Below, piece by piece: positions 21,901 to 34,400 of a DNA stretch of 64,000 nt. Under the pieces are notes generated by a model. The model had not been told where the DNA came from. It saw only the letters and a list, made by a program, of their open reading frames with translations, and searched no databases. The DNA is taken from assembly GCF_036588685.1 (NCBI RefSeq), contig NC_086382.1, positions 46,810,001 through 46,874,000 on the forward strand. The letters run 5' to 3'. The first letter of the stretch is position 1, and each line of letters opens with the position of its first letter. The translations under genes were made by a program, and so were the position numbers. This DNA comes from Mytilus trossulus (lineage: Eukaryota).

Positions 21901-23264
21901 TCTTACGTGAGCTCTGGCAATGAGGTTACACTGAAAGTGGAATAGACATAATAATGTTGAAAGCAAAGTTAATAATCACCAACACTGCACAAAAAAAGTA
22001 TTTTACTCCAACCTACAGTTAAGATTTTAAAGAGCCTTCCCAGTGTTCAATATATGGTTTTATTGAACAGCCTTTACTATTTTGTAAAATTGATTTATAA
22101 AACCGTTTTCCAATTCTTAATTATCAAATATCAGTTTGAAAACTAATGAATTGAATCTCTTTAAACAGGAAAGCTTTTCATCCGTTTTTTTTGTTGTTGT
22201 CCCACCTATTGTAATAATGTATTTGTATCTGATCCTGAACATGCATGTTAAAGCCACTGAATATCAAACAAGCAAGTTAAACAACTATCAATCCATTATG
22301 TATCAGTTTCCACTAGGACATTTGAACACACATATCAAATCTGTATTGATCTCATTAGCTAATAGATGGAATTGATTTGATTAGTTAAAAGACATGTAAG
22401 GCCTCCATCAATTGTTCCTTGAAGATTGCTTTATGAATTCAACCATAATGGGTGTATATTAAAAGTGAGCTGCAACCATCCTTCATTTTAGAAGCTGGAA
22501 TAACAAAATAGAATTAGGAGATAATTGTATTGTATTTTAAACTCCGACAGCATCAATTGGGGATTTGATGGTCGCAAATTAAGTTTACTGGCGACGTGTT
22601 AGCAGAGACAGTAAACGGGTATTTGCGACCATCAAATCCCCAATTGATGCCGTCAGAGCTTACTCCATTCTAATGAAACTGTTAGAAAACAACGTTAAAA
22701 CATGCATTTAAAATCTGTCATATGCCGTCTGCACTTGCGCGTAAGTCCCATAGCATCAATTGTCAATTGATGCCATGTAAATAAGTGACGTTATCCAATC
22801 AAAATGAATGTTACAAACGTTGTTGCATTAGAATGCTTTGTTTATGTCTTTTATGAGATAATTTAAAGATTATATGACTTAAAACATGTAAACCGTGTCT
22901 TTGACAAAATAACCTAATGTTTTGTCACATTTTACAGAATTAAAAATCCTTACATTATTTTTTTCATATAATATTTTAGAATTCGGCCTTCAACTCCAGC
23001 GTAGATGATCACCAGTATAGACAACTCTACCATCCAACAGATGATTATGGTGGTTTCCGTGACAACAGTCCTTCTCCCGTTACACCAGGAAGATCATCAA
23101 GTAATGCCAATATGAAACGAAGTGCTTCTAATTTAGATCCTATCTCAGAGGAAGCATCTCATACAGCAGTAACGAAAAAATCTCAAGAAAATCAAAAAGA
23201 GCCCCCACAAACTGCTGCTCTTCCACAAGAAACCCCGCCCACCAGAGGGAAATTCTATATATGA
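12632..23264 (+). CDS. Uncharacterised seven-transmembrane protein, 389 aa (GPCR-like, possibly GPR137/TOM1-like lysosomal membrane protein)
   Basis: Ten GT-AG exons with consistent phases: 12632-12747, 15311-15448, 16157-16297, 17119-17216, 17734-17875, 19251-19315, 19829-19863, 20492-20536, 21348-21452, 22980-23264 (1170 nt, ATG to TGA). The protein MSVYSLAPGNRS...RGKFYI has seven hydrophobic segments, N-terminal sequons NRS and NTT, extracellular Cys and a Ser/Pro-rich tail. An acceptor at 12610 implies an upstream non-coding exon. Confidence 0.88.
13282..13834. repeat. 553-bp fold-back: MITE plus an inverted copy of 168 bp of its left flank
   Basis: 13282-13449 is the reverse complement of 13667-13834, with no mismatch seen by eye. 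Confidence 0.92.
13450..13666. mobile_element. MITE with TA TSD (Tc1/mariner-type)
   Basis: ta|ccgtatagcgggttattttcgcgggg ... cccgcgaaaataacccgctatacgg|ta. Confidence 0.85.
14615..14767. mobile_element. MITE with 6-bp TSD (tttaag)
   Basis: tttaag|cagtctgcac ... gtgcagactg|tttaag, with internal actagtccg repeats. Confidence 0.7.
21563..21771. mobile_element. MITE, TTAA TSD, Kolobok-type
   Basis: ttaa|ggaggtagacct...gggaaataactc ... gagttatctccc...aggtctgccacc|ttaa. Confidence 0.75.
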
Positions 23265-24582
23265 TTTTGTAGTTTTGATCTTTCAGTTTATAATTTTTGT
23301 TACAATGTATAATTTGTTTTTGAGTATGTTTGAATATGTTAATGCTCTGTGTTTTTGCAATATAAGCAAAGATTAATAAAAATATAACCCTGCAATTGAT
23401 CGTAAGTTAATAAACATTTCAAAAGTATGAAGATCTTAAACTGCTAGAATGAACATTTAACAAAAGTAAGATATTAAGATCTATAGAAAATTTATAAGCT
23501 TTGATTTTTTAGATGAAAATTATATTTTTCTGTTATTTTTTAAATATTTATTAAGTTTTATTATTATTTTTTTAATACATTTTCTTCAATAGCTCTATAC
23601 TTTTGTCAGTAATGTAATAAAGAGTCTTGAATGAAATGTTATTTCCAGAAAAGCTTGATGTGGTTTAGTGTGATATATATTTCAGAGTAGCTGTGTTTGT
23701 TATTTAAATGTCCCATTTACTTAATATTGATTAAATAGTATACATAAGCTGTGTTTGTATTTTAAATGTCCCATTTGCTTAATTATTGATGTATAAAAAG
23801 CATGTATGAATGTGATAGGCAATATAGGAGAGGTATGTATGAATGTGATGTTAAGATATTGACTTTGAATGAAGGGGAAATGAAATTTGCATTATGTAGA
23901 CCCTTGACTTCATTTATTGTACATAATCCTAGTTTTAGAGATATTTATGATTAATTAATTTTTGTTACCCCAACTTATGGGTTTTGTATATTATAAGACT
24001 GAATGAGAAAATGAAATATATATACTAGTGCTATAAAAGGTAAATTTAGAGCTTTATCATATACTATTTATGAATTATACATGTTAGATTTTTTCTACCA
24101 TATGTAAAAGTATAATTAATTTTAAATCACATTGTAAAAAAGTAAATAAGCTGCATTATTTTCCTTTTTATCTAGCATGCCATTAATGTATCAGTTATAG
24201 AAGAGTTGGTGCCTGTAATGTTGTAATGTTTCATTTCCAATCAATTATTTAAAGGTAAAGTAAAACCAACATGTTTATGTGTCCGCCTTAGGCAATAGGG
24301 GCATTAAGTCTTAGCCTTGACTCAAATTTTATGAAACTCATACACAATTCTTAGGACCACAACACTGAGACAGAGTTCGAGTTTGGGGTGTGAATCATTT
24401 ATCATTCTAAAGTTATGCTCCTTTTAAACTTGGGAAATTGGAAAGGTTGAGAGGGGGCATTCCTGTCCTCCCACACCACCTTCTTTTGTTTACTAGTATT
24501 TCCCATGAAAAAAAAATCCATTTCAACGATAGGATTCTGAAAAAAAAGGTAAAAAAGTTTTTGGCTTTTTTTGGAAGTTCAA

Positions 24583-24856
24583 ATATCTCAGTGGTTATGG
24601 TTAAATTCGAGAACATTGGCCATGTCTCAGTGGTTATGGTTAAATTAGAGTACATGGGCCATATCTCAGTAGTTATGGTTAAATTAGAGTACATGGGCCA
24701 TATCTCAGTGGTCATGGTTAAATTAGAGTACATGGGCCATATCTCAGTGGTTATGGTTAAATTAGAGTACATGGGCCATATCTCAGTGGTTTTGGTTAAA
24801 TTAGAGTACATGGGCCATATCTCAGTGGTTATGGTTAAATTAGAGTACATGGGCCA
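24583..24856. repeat. Minisatellite, 7 x 39 bp
   Basis: Unit atatctcagtggttatggttaaattagagtacatgggcc. It explains the ORFs at 24413-24862 and 24438-24902. Confidence 0.95.
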
Positions 24857-26620
24857 CGTCACAGATTTTCAACAAATTTTACAAAAACATACTGTATTTT
24901 AAACTTAAAACTGAAATTAAAAAAAAATGAATTATATCTTTTATTTTCTAAAAGATTTTTTAATAATATTCTTTCATACCAAAGGTATATTTGTATAGAA
25001 GGCACATTGTTATATATAAATAAATGTTGAAATCATAGGTAACATTTCCTATGATATGTTTATGAAAAATCTTATGATTTCATAATTCTAAGACAAATTT
25101 AATTCTGTTTATTTTTGTTGATTATTTTCATGTGCCTTCTATACAAATATATAGGAGATTGCTTTTAACCATGCCACATATGAATCTTTGGTTTAAATCA
25201 AAGTTATATCTTGTTTTAATCAGAATTACCCTGTTGACATTTATTGTGCCATGTTTATGAAACATTTTATTTTAACTGTATGTCAAAAATCAACTAGAGA
25301 AAGTGATAAATGTGAGATATTGATCACAGGTATGAAAAGCAGTTTGGAGAAGAGCATTTTAAACAGTAATTTTTGGCTGTAAACTATTTTTATAAATATT
25401 ATTGGAAATTATAATCTGAATATGTTTCATTGTACCTGTTAAGTTTTGGAATGAAGACAATCATATTCTGTTACAGATCAATTTTGTTATAATTTATCTA
25501 ACTTTTGAAAGAAACAAGAATTGGCCACTTACTGTAAATTCAGAAATTACTGTGTGCTTTTGATATTTCGATTTTGAAGAATGGACAAAAACTTGCAATT
25601 AAGACTGCATACAGATGTTTGTATCATATATCATAATGCACTTTCTTATAATTGTGATACCCACCAAGTTCTATTATTCTCATTGATAAAAACCTATCAG
25701 TAATTTCTCAATTTACTGTAGTATTTAGAGCAGGTCAAGTGAAGTTGAATTTTGATTCCAAAAATAAAGTCTTTTATTAACAAAATCCCTTAATTAAAGA
25801 AAACAGATTTTAACCTTTCTGTTTAAATTAATATTGAATTGGTTGTGATTTTAAAAGCGTATAAGCTAATGTTAATTTACACTATCAAATAGGGCTAATT
25901 TACAAGTACTGAAAATGGCAATAAAATGCAAAACTAGTCATTGTCATTCAAAACTAAAGTTCATTATTTCTCAACTGGTATTTAAAGTTATTTGATCTAA
26001 CAGTCAGACACACCAGGGTCGTCAAACAGCTACTAGATAGCGATGGCTTATCAGACACCACTAAAGACATTTGCTAAAAAAACACTATTCTTGGGAGTTA
26101 CTAGACAGATTAACTTCATATATGGTCAGTAGCTTAACAGTGATGGGTTTGTTATATGTCAGCACTTTTCATATCTGTTAGACATTTTGCTTCCTGCTTC
26201 CTATACTTTGAAAGGTTAAAATATGTCAAATAAACTTTAAACTTTTGGTCACAGTTTTTTCAGGTTCTACTTAACAGAATGAGTGGGTTATTAACACAAT
26301 TCAAGCATTTTTATTTTATTGGCCTTTTTTTTGTATAAACTTGTCATATGTAAAGATTTTTCTGAAACTAGATTTCTTAGTACATATGTTTTATCATGAA
26401 TAAGCTGTTTCACTGCCATAAATGTATTTTGTATTTTTGTATATAAATTTCAATATTGGAATGTTGCATTTTATATGACTTGTATTTCATTTAAAGACTA
26501 AGCTTAGCATTTTTGAAATGTTTATTTCTGTCTTCCATTGACCGCATATGTAATATATATATATATCTTTTTGAAAAGTTTGCTTTCTCTTTATTTCTTC
26601 GAAAAAATCACTTAACTTAA

Positions 26621-26899
26621 GGTGGAACATAACACTACAGGGAGATAACTCTGAAAAAAATAATTCACCTGAACATTTTAATCACTTTCTAATGTTCAGG
26701 AAATATTAAGATTCTCTATGATCAAAATAATTGTTTGCCAAACTGCTATATATCCAATTAAATTTTTCTGATAAAATGTGTGGTTCAAGTTTTTTGTAAA
26801 TGTTTTATTTTAGTCAAAGGGTCTAAGTAAATATGTGAACAAATTTGAAAGAAAATTACAGTAGCCAAATTAAAATTAGCCACGGTGTTATGTACCACC
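26621..26899. mobile_element. MITE, TTAA TSD, Kolobok-type
   Basis: ttaa|ggtggaacataacac ... gtgttatgtaccacc|ttaa. It shares the subterminal gggagataactc motif with 21563-21771. Confidence 0.75.
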
Positions 26900-27554
26900 T
26901 TAAGTTATAAATGAAGGTTATGATCTCATTATATGCATCCATTTTCCTGTGAATTTTAGAAAAAAATTGAACTCATTGTATTTTATCATAAGGATTTAAG
27001 TTTTTCTATGTAACTGTATATTATACTAGAAAATACTATGTAAAACATGTATAATTGTATTTTTAAATGTTGTCTTTTATATATAGGTGTATTTGCATTT
27101 TACATTGAACCTTTATCTTAAACAGCTGCTTTTAATTGTGTATATATGTTTTTGTATTCAAAGTTTGCACTTGCAAATATTTTACATTTTTGTCCCATTT
27201 TACATCTGTTTTGTTATTGTTTGAAATGAGAAACATTTTTTAAATGGAAGCTTTAGTATTAGTATAATCAGATGATACATGTCTTGTTGCTGAGAAAACC
27301 TATCAGTCAGGATATCATATTGATGACATAAATATGTGTTGCAATATTTTAATTGACAGAAAATAATTGATATTGTGTACATATTTCAATCAGAAAATGT
27401 AAATATTTACTTATTATCTTTGAACTAACATCAAATGAAATCACTCAATGACAGAAAGCATGTGCTGGAAACAATAGGAAGCTTTAGACTTGCCCTGTGT
27501 GTAGTATGTTCTTAAATGTAGAAATTAAAATGAATACAAACCCATCAAAAAGGC

Positions 27555-28030
27555 ATGTCAGTTAACTGCTAGTAGTCTGTTGTTATTTATGTATTATTGT
27601 CATTTTGTTTATTTTCTTTGGTTACATCTTCTGACATCAGACTCGGACTTCTCTTGAACTGAATTTTAATGTGCGTATTGTTATGCATTTATTTTTCTAC
27701 ATTGGTTAGAGGTATAGGGGGAGGGTTGAGATCTCACAAACATGTTTAACCCCGCCACATTTTTGCGCCTGTCCCAAGTCAGGAGCCTCTGGCCTTTGTT
27801 AGTCTTGTATTATTTTTATATTAGTTTCTTGTGTACAATTTGGAAATGAGTATGGCGTTCATTATCACTGAACTAGTATATATTTGTTTAGGGGCCAGCT
27901 GAAGGACGCCTCCGGGTGCGGGAATTTCTTGCTACATTGAAGACCTGTTGGTGACCTTCTGCTGTTGTGTTTTTTATTTGGTCGGGTTGTTGTCTCTTTG
28001 ACACATTCCCCATTTCCATTCTCAATTTTA
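27555..28030 (+). repeat. Second dispersed repeat family (ends ...gtctctttgacacattccccatttccattctcaatttta)
   Basis: Related pieces at 16350-16500(-), 15990-16030(-) and 53700-54015. Confidence 0.75.
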
Positions 28031-28045
28031 TACCTGCAAGAAATA

Positions 28046-28251
28046 CTGTAAATTCAGAAATTAATGTGATGTTTTTATTATTGCGAAAAATGCGACTGCG
28101 TTGTAAACACAATAATTTAAACTTGCATTTTGAAATATTTTATATGAATTTAACATGATTTTTCTCAAAATCTTAAAAATTAAAATCGCATTTAAGTCTA
28201 AAGTGACAAAATCTCAATAATGAATGCTCGCAATAATTTCTGAATTTACAG
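28046..28251. mobile_element. TA-TSD MITE family (ctgtaaattcagaaatt TIR); other copies at 25532-25718, 35374-35567, ~40030-40234
   Basis: ta|ctgtaaattcagaaatta ... taatttctgaatttacag|ta, with shared internal sequence among copies. Confidence 0.8.
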
Positions 28252-30171
28252 TAGTTGAGGGAAAACTTTCATCCACCCCAAGTAGAAACCTATTTATTCT
28301 AATGGTATTCACTTCATTTAATCAACATTAAACATTGTCATTACTATTAATAGTAGTAGAAAAATATATTCTAGAAATAAAGATATTTTAGTATTACACA
28401 GATGATGTTTTAGCATCATTGGTGATGCTTTAAGGAATAGTTTAAAAGGTTAAGATTATAATACATAATTGCCTGGTAGTGGTAATATATCATTTTCTAT
28501 TAGACATGAATGTGATATTTGATCACTGTATATACACTCAGTTTAATGTTGTTGGAAGTCTTTGTTCTTCCATATTTTTGTATGAGATTTTACTCTGATA
28601 TTATATATCTGGAAATGAAACATCAGAGTTTGCCAAGGTAATGGATTGATAGGCATTTAGTCTAGTTGACATTCCTTTATTTTATCTGGTCAGACCAAAG
28701 TTCTCTGGACATTTAGTCACTATTAGATAGAAAAAAAATAACAAATTGTCATATTTTTAGTACAGTAAAAATTAGATTTTACTGTTGTTGACCACTCTGA
28801 GAGTTTTAAAATATAGCTTCAGAGTGAAACAACCAGAGTGAGTTATTTGTAGTTGGAAAACGGTCAAAGCTTGCATCAGTAGTATTCAGCAAGGCTTTGG
28901 CCTAAAATATGAATAATGAAAAGGACAAGTAAGACTTTAAATCTGACTAATACCTTTTTAAGAAAATTATTCAAGATTTATTGCTATAGAAATAAGTGCA
29001 AACATTATCAGGTAAAATAAGACCAGATTGTCCCACATCTAGAAAATTCAATTGTTTATTGACCAAATGGATAGGCTTCAAATATCAAGATTTAAGCTTG
29101 TTGATAATTTAATTGGGATAACATTAAATGTGTAGATAACAAAAATCCTGAGTTTACATTTGAAATAAATCTGTGTTCTTATATATGTATGCATAAGTTT
29201 TCTGGTTGAATTTTTGTTTTTGTCGTATATGTGCACGTATCCTGTTGAATAAAATTTTAGTGATATTGAAGATTCTTGTTTTTGAGCAGCCATGTAATAA
29301 TAAGAGAATGCAGATATTTTTTATTTACATGTATATATGAAGATTTGGTATGAGTGCAAATGAGACAACTCTCCATCCAAGTTACATTTTGTTAGAAGTA
29401 AACTATTATAGGTCAAAGTACTGTCTTCAGTACAGAGCCTTGGCTCAGACCTAACAGCAAGCTATAAAGGGCCTAAAAAATGGCAAGTGTAAAACCAATC
29501 GATAACCAACGATATAATCTATATTAAAAATGAGAAAGGAGAAACACTAAGAACCACATCAACAAACAACAACTACTGACCATCAGGTTCCTGACTAAGG
29601 AGATGTTTTTCTGTCCTTTATGACAAAAATTACGTTAAATTGCCAAAGCAACTAGATATTATACATTACTGTTAAGATATCAAATTATTATTGGTCCATG
29701 GGAGACAATGGTCTACTGGCAATTTCATTTCTATGTTCAATATTTAATAAACATGTTTGGCCTACAAAATATTCAATGAAAATTCAATCTTAAGACTCAT
29801 TAGAGCTAGACCAGACTTCTGTGATTCACCTATGTACATACCAAGTTCTATATTCTTTCTATAATTTGAGGACCATTTGGAGTTGGATTAAGATTTTGTA
29901 TTTTCGCCTTTAGATTGATTCAATTGGTTTCATGTTAAAAGCTCTTATTTTAAATTATAAATAATTACTCTGTATCTTAAGGAGCAGGTGTCGAGATGAC
30001 ATTTTCTATGATTTTTCATTATCTCAACCCTGTATTGCAAGATTGCAATCACTTGCTATGAGGTCAAGGTCACAACCATATTTGGATATCCCTGCTTTTT
30101 GCCAGATTAGATATCCTCAAAGAATATTTTCACATTACTTCCTTTTGACACAGGATTATGCAATTTTTCTA

Positions 30172-30424
30172 CAGGTTACCTTTTCTGTGGTATTACATCC
30201 TGGTACCAAGTCATTTAAGAGCAAGGTAAAGAAGTAAAACCAAGCTTTCAATTGGTACAAGTTTTTGGGAAAATTAATTGCTTTACATTTTCTTTACACA
30301 ACCAAATCATCAGAAAACAGTAAACTTTCCCCTCAAATTTCACCAAATATGATTGATTTTACTTATATAAGTTGTTCTTATTGGACCGAGTACCAGGATG
30401 TCCAACAACAGAAAAGGTAACCTG
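30172..30424. mobile_element. Old MITE with ~50-bp imperfect TIR
   Basis: caggttaccttttctgt..acatcctggtac versus gtaccaggatgt..acagaaaaggtaacctg. Confidence 0.65.
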
Positions 30425-31470
30425 TTAAAAATTTTGTAATCTTTAGTCAAATGTTGGTAATATGAAAATAGTCTATTGATTAATAGGTGCATTAAATATT
30501 CTTGTTAGGTACAGTACATTTAGAATTTCATCGACAAGTATTAGAATACTTTCTAAAGAAAGTACTGAAATTTAAAAAGACATATCGAAGGTGCATTGTT
30601 ACACAAGTTTTTTTCTTATAAGATATCAGAATCGCACACTGATATTTGATTGGATGAAAGGAATGAAATATTGCTAGCCTAATTTGCACATTTGGCCAGT
30701 AGGAGCTAGAATCACAAATGTGATAACCAGAATAATGAGAATAACGCTATTGACCAAAAAAATAAATTTATAAATGCTATAGAAACCAAGAATAGCATGA
30801 CAAAATTTGTTTGTGAACAATGAAAGTTATAGAATATCAAATTGCTTACACACTAGAAATCAGCATTATCAAGCTGCAGGACAGATATACAATCAATCCA
30901 TCTAACAGAAGCCATAAAACAAAGTTTTTAAATGACAAATAGTCACACCAATACTATACCTGATTTCCAAGTTTGAAACACAGGTAAAACTTCCTCCTTT
31001 TTGTTTTTTTTAATTTCTGTGGTTCATGATAGTTATTTCATGTCATGGGCATGATTTACATCATATTCTTATTATTTCTATGCCCTTTTCAGTAAGAAAA
31101 CTCATTTAATCAAATATATTTATTATATCTTTAGTATTACATAACAAGAACAACTGGTTAAAACCCTGCTTCAATACAGCTCCAAAACATTTTTTCATAA
31201 ATAATCATCAGCACTATAAGTCTTCCATCAATTTATATGAAATTGTGAGTTCATGTAAAATGATATGATAATCCTAAATACATGACCAATGAGAAACTTA
31301 TTTCATGTATCATCTTTGTGTTTGATATGGTGCTTCATGCCATTGTGTTACAACTGTCACTATTGGTCAGTCCTCCCAGCTTATTCCATCTCCAATGTTA
31401 CGATTGGTCCATCTCTTGTGAATCTGATACAAATATCACATGTAAAGGAATCTTTATAATGGTGGTGTTA

Positions 31471-34400
31471 CTACACACAAAGTATCCTTGATAATGGTGG
31501 AGGACAAACTGACTTCTGGAAGACAAATAATCATTAAATATTCATCTTCATATTATTGACAAATAGTATAAGTCTATATATTTTCACTGAAACAGATATC
31601 TACTAAATATTCTTCACCAGATTTGCAAATGGGATATTGAAAGGCTAAATCAAAACTTGCATAAAATAAATAACATTTTGTAAAATGTAAATTAGTTGTT
31701 ACAGTGGTAAGATCTTTTAGTCACAGACTTGCACATTTCCATATATCTTATGACCATGGTACCTCTAAGGTGTGGAACTGTAGCTCTTAAATCTTATGAT
31801 ATATTTTTACTATTTGCCATTTCGCAGCTATGTACATGATGTAACCCGATTATCAGACTCGGGTGAAAATAATTTGTATTTGGTTTGTTTGTAAGCTTTA
31901 ATTTCTGGCATACTGAGGATTAAATGTTATTTGTTGGATACAAATGTTCAACAAACATATATATGCATGTGTTGGTACAGTTTTATACATTTGTATGTTA
32001 TCCTTACATGTTGTGAAGCAAATGGTCCAATATTCTGTCCAAATCTTCTCATCACTTCCTGTACATCTTTTGGCTGTATAGCTTTATATGTTATCAAATC
32101 AATATAGCCTCCATACCCACTCTGAAATAAATTCATTGCATTATATTTATGCTCATGTGACGTTAACTTCTGCATTAGGCTGAAACAGGAATGTGTCCTC
32201 AGTACATGAATGCCCCACTCGCACTATAATTTTCTATGTTCAGTGGACCATGACATTGGGATAAAAACTCTAATTTGGCATTTAAATTAGAAAGATCATA
32301 TCAAAGGGAACATGTGTACTAAGTTTGAAGTTGATTGGACTTTAACTTCATCAAAACTACCTTGACCAAAAACTTTAACCTGAGGCGGGACAGACGGACG
32401 GACAAACAGACGAACGGACGCACAGACCAGAAAACATAATGCCCCTCTACTATCATAAGTGGGGCATAAAAATGTGTGTTAGGAGTTTCCAAGTATTTAA
32501 ATGAATCCGACACAATGTATGTTTTATGTTTTTGTCATTGATCTGTTTTAATTATAGTCCAGTCAATCTAGCATAAATTTGACCCTAACCTGAAAGTAAT
32601 TGCAACAGAAGATTTTTATGCCCCACCTATGATAGTACAGGGGCATTATGTTTTCTGGTCTGTGGCTCTGTTCGTTCGTCCGTCCGTCTGTGCTTTCATC
32701 TGTGCATCCGTCTGTGCGTGCTTCCGTCTGTCCCATTTCAGGTAAAAGTTTTTGGTCAAGGTAGTTTTTGATGAAGCTGAAGTCCAATTAACTTGAAACT
32801 TAATACACTTGTTGCTTATAATATGATCTTTCTAATTTAAAAGCCAAATTAGACTTTCGACCCCAATTTCATGGTCCACTGAACATAGAAAATGAAAGTG
32901 GCCATTTCAGGTTAAAGTTTTTGATCAAGGTAGTTTTTGATAACAGTGAAGTCCAATCAACTTGAAACTTAGTACACATGTTCCCAATAGTATAATCTTT
33001 CTTATTTTAATGCCAAATGAGATTATTACCGAATTTCACGGTCCATGGAAAATGGGAAAGGATAGTGCAAGTGGGGCGTATGGTACTTTGGACACATTCT
33101 TGTTAAGTTTTAATCTAAAGCATTATACCCCAAATATACACAGAAAAAAGTCCCATAAAATCTAACTTGAGGAAGACTAAAAAAATCACCATTTAAAGTT
33201 CCTATGGAGATTTGTATTGAAAAGGGAGATAACTCTTGCAAAAAAAGGCAGAAATATCAATAAAAATTGATACAAAATTATAACTTTACCCCTTCTATTC
33301 ATCAGAATGTATAAATTCTTGATTTTTTAGCGTCTGGTGTCTGTTGAAACTTTACTATAAGATTATTTTTTTTCCCCCAGTGTATGTTATTTTCTTTGGC
33401 AATATTTTGTCAGTGCTTATGGTTGTGTTTCTGATATTGTTTACATCTAACCCCTTGTTTTATTAATTTTGTCATAGATCAATTTTTTTAGTTCACTGCA
33501 TGTTCACGTGAAGGTTGGTGGTGCCTTTTCATTTGATATTTTTAAAATTGTGTGTCTTTCTGTGTTGTGATGTACTTACATTATTGTTTCAGTTTGGGTG
33601 AAGGTTGGTGCCTATTCAAAAGTTTAAACACACTGCATTTGTTTACAGCTGTCCTAAGTCTGGAACCTGATGTTCAGTGGTTGTTGTTTGTTGATGTGGT
33701 TTAAATAAATACATCATAGATACCAGGACAAAATTTAGTATATACGCCAGACGCGCGTTTTGTCAAAAGTGTTTCTCCTATCAAGTATTTTTATATATAG
33801 ACAGTTGGTTTTCCTGTTTGAATGGTTTTACATTAGTTATTTTTCGGGCCCTTTAAAGCTTGCTATTCTGTGTCAGCCAAGGCTCCGCATTGAAGACTAT
33901 ACCTTCACATATAATGGTTTACTTTTACAAATTGTGACTTGGTTAGATAGTTTTCTCATTGACAATCATACCACATCTTCTTATATCTAATTAATGATGA
34001 TGTCTTAGAATTGAAGCATCAAACTTTTAAAAGCGAGTATTTTTTTTTAATTTATATACCTTCTTCCTCTTTTTAGCCTTAGTTTTATTAGCCTGTGATC
34101 CAGAGCTATTATTATTGGTAGGAGTCTGTGGCTCAGAGTTAGAAGTTTCTGTTGGACTGGACTAAAATAAAACAAAAACTTCTTATACTGTCTATTCATA
34201 TATTGATAACGGAACTAACAGAAGGGACTACACAGCAGGATAATCTGGTTATACAGTGAAACCTATTTAAGCGAAAACTCTTTGGGACTAAAGATTTTGT
34301 TCGGTTTTGGTCCCGAAGAGGTTCACAAGCCATACAATTTGATATGACAGTGCTTAAAAACATGTTTGGTTTATACAGGTTTTTGGTTTTTGCAGGATTC

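Noticed and set aside
24413-24902. 149-aa and 154-aa repetitive ORFs on both strands
   Set aside because: By-products of a stop-free 39-bp minisatellite; no splice or start context.
32153-32179. Alternative upstream acceptor giving the C-terminus PNAEVNVT*
   Set aside because: The AG context comes from the edge of an adjacent HINE-like insertion. The acceptor at 32122 gives the conserved SPT3 C-terminus.
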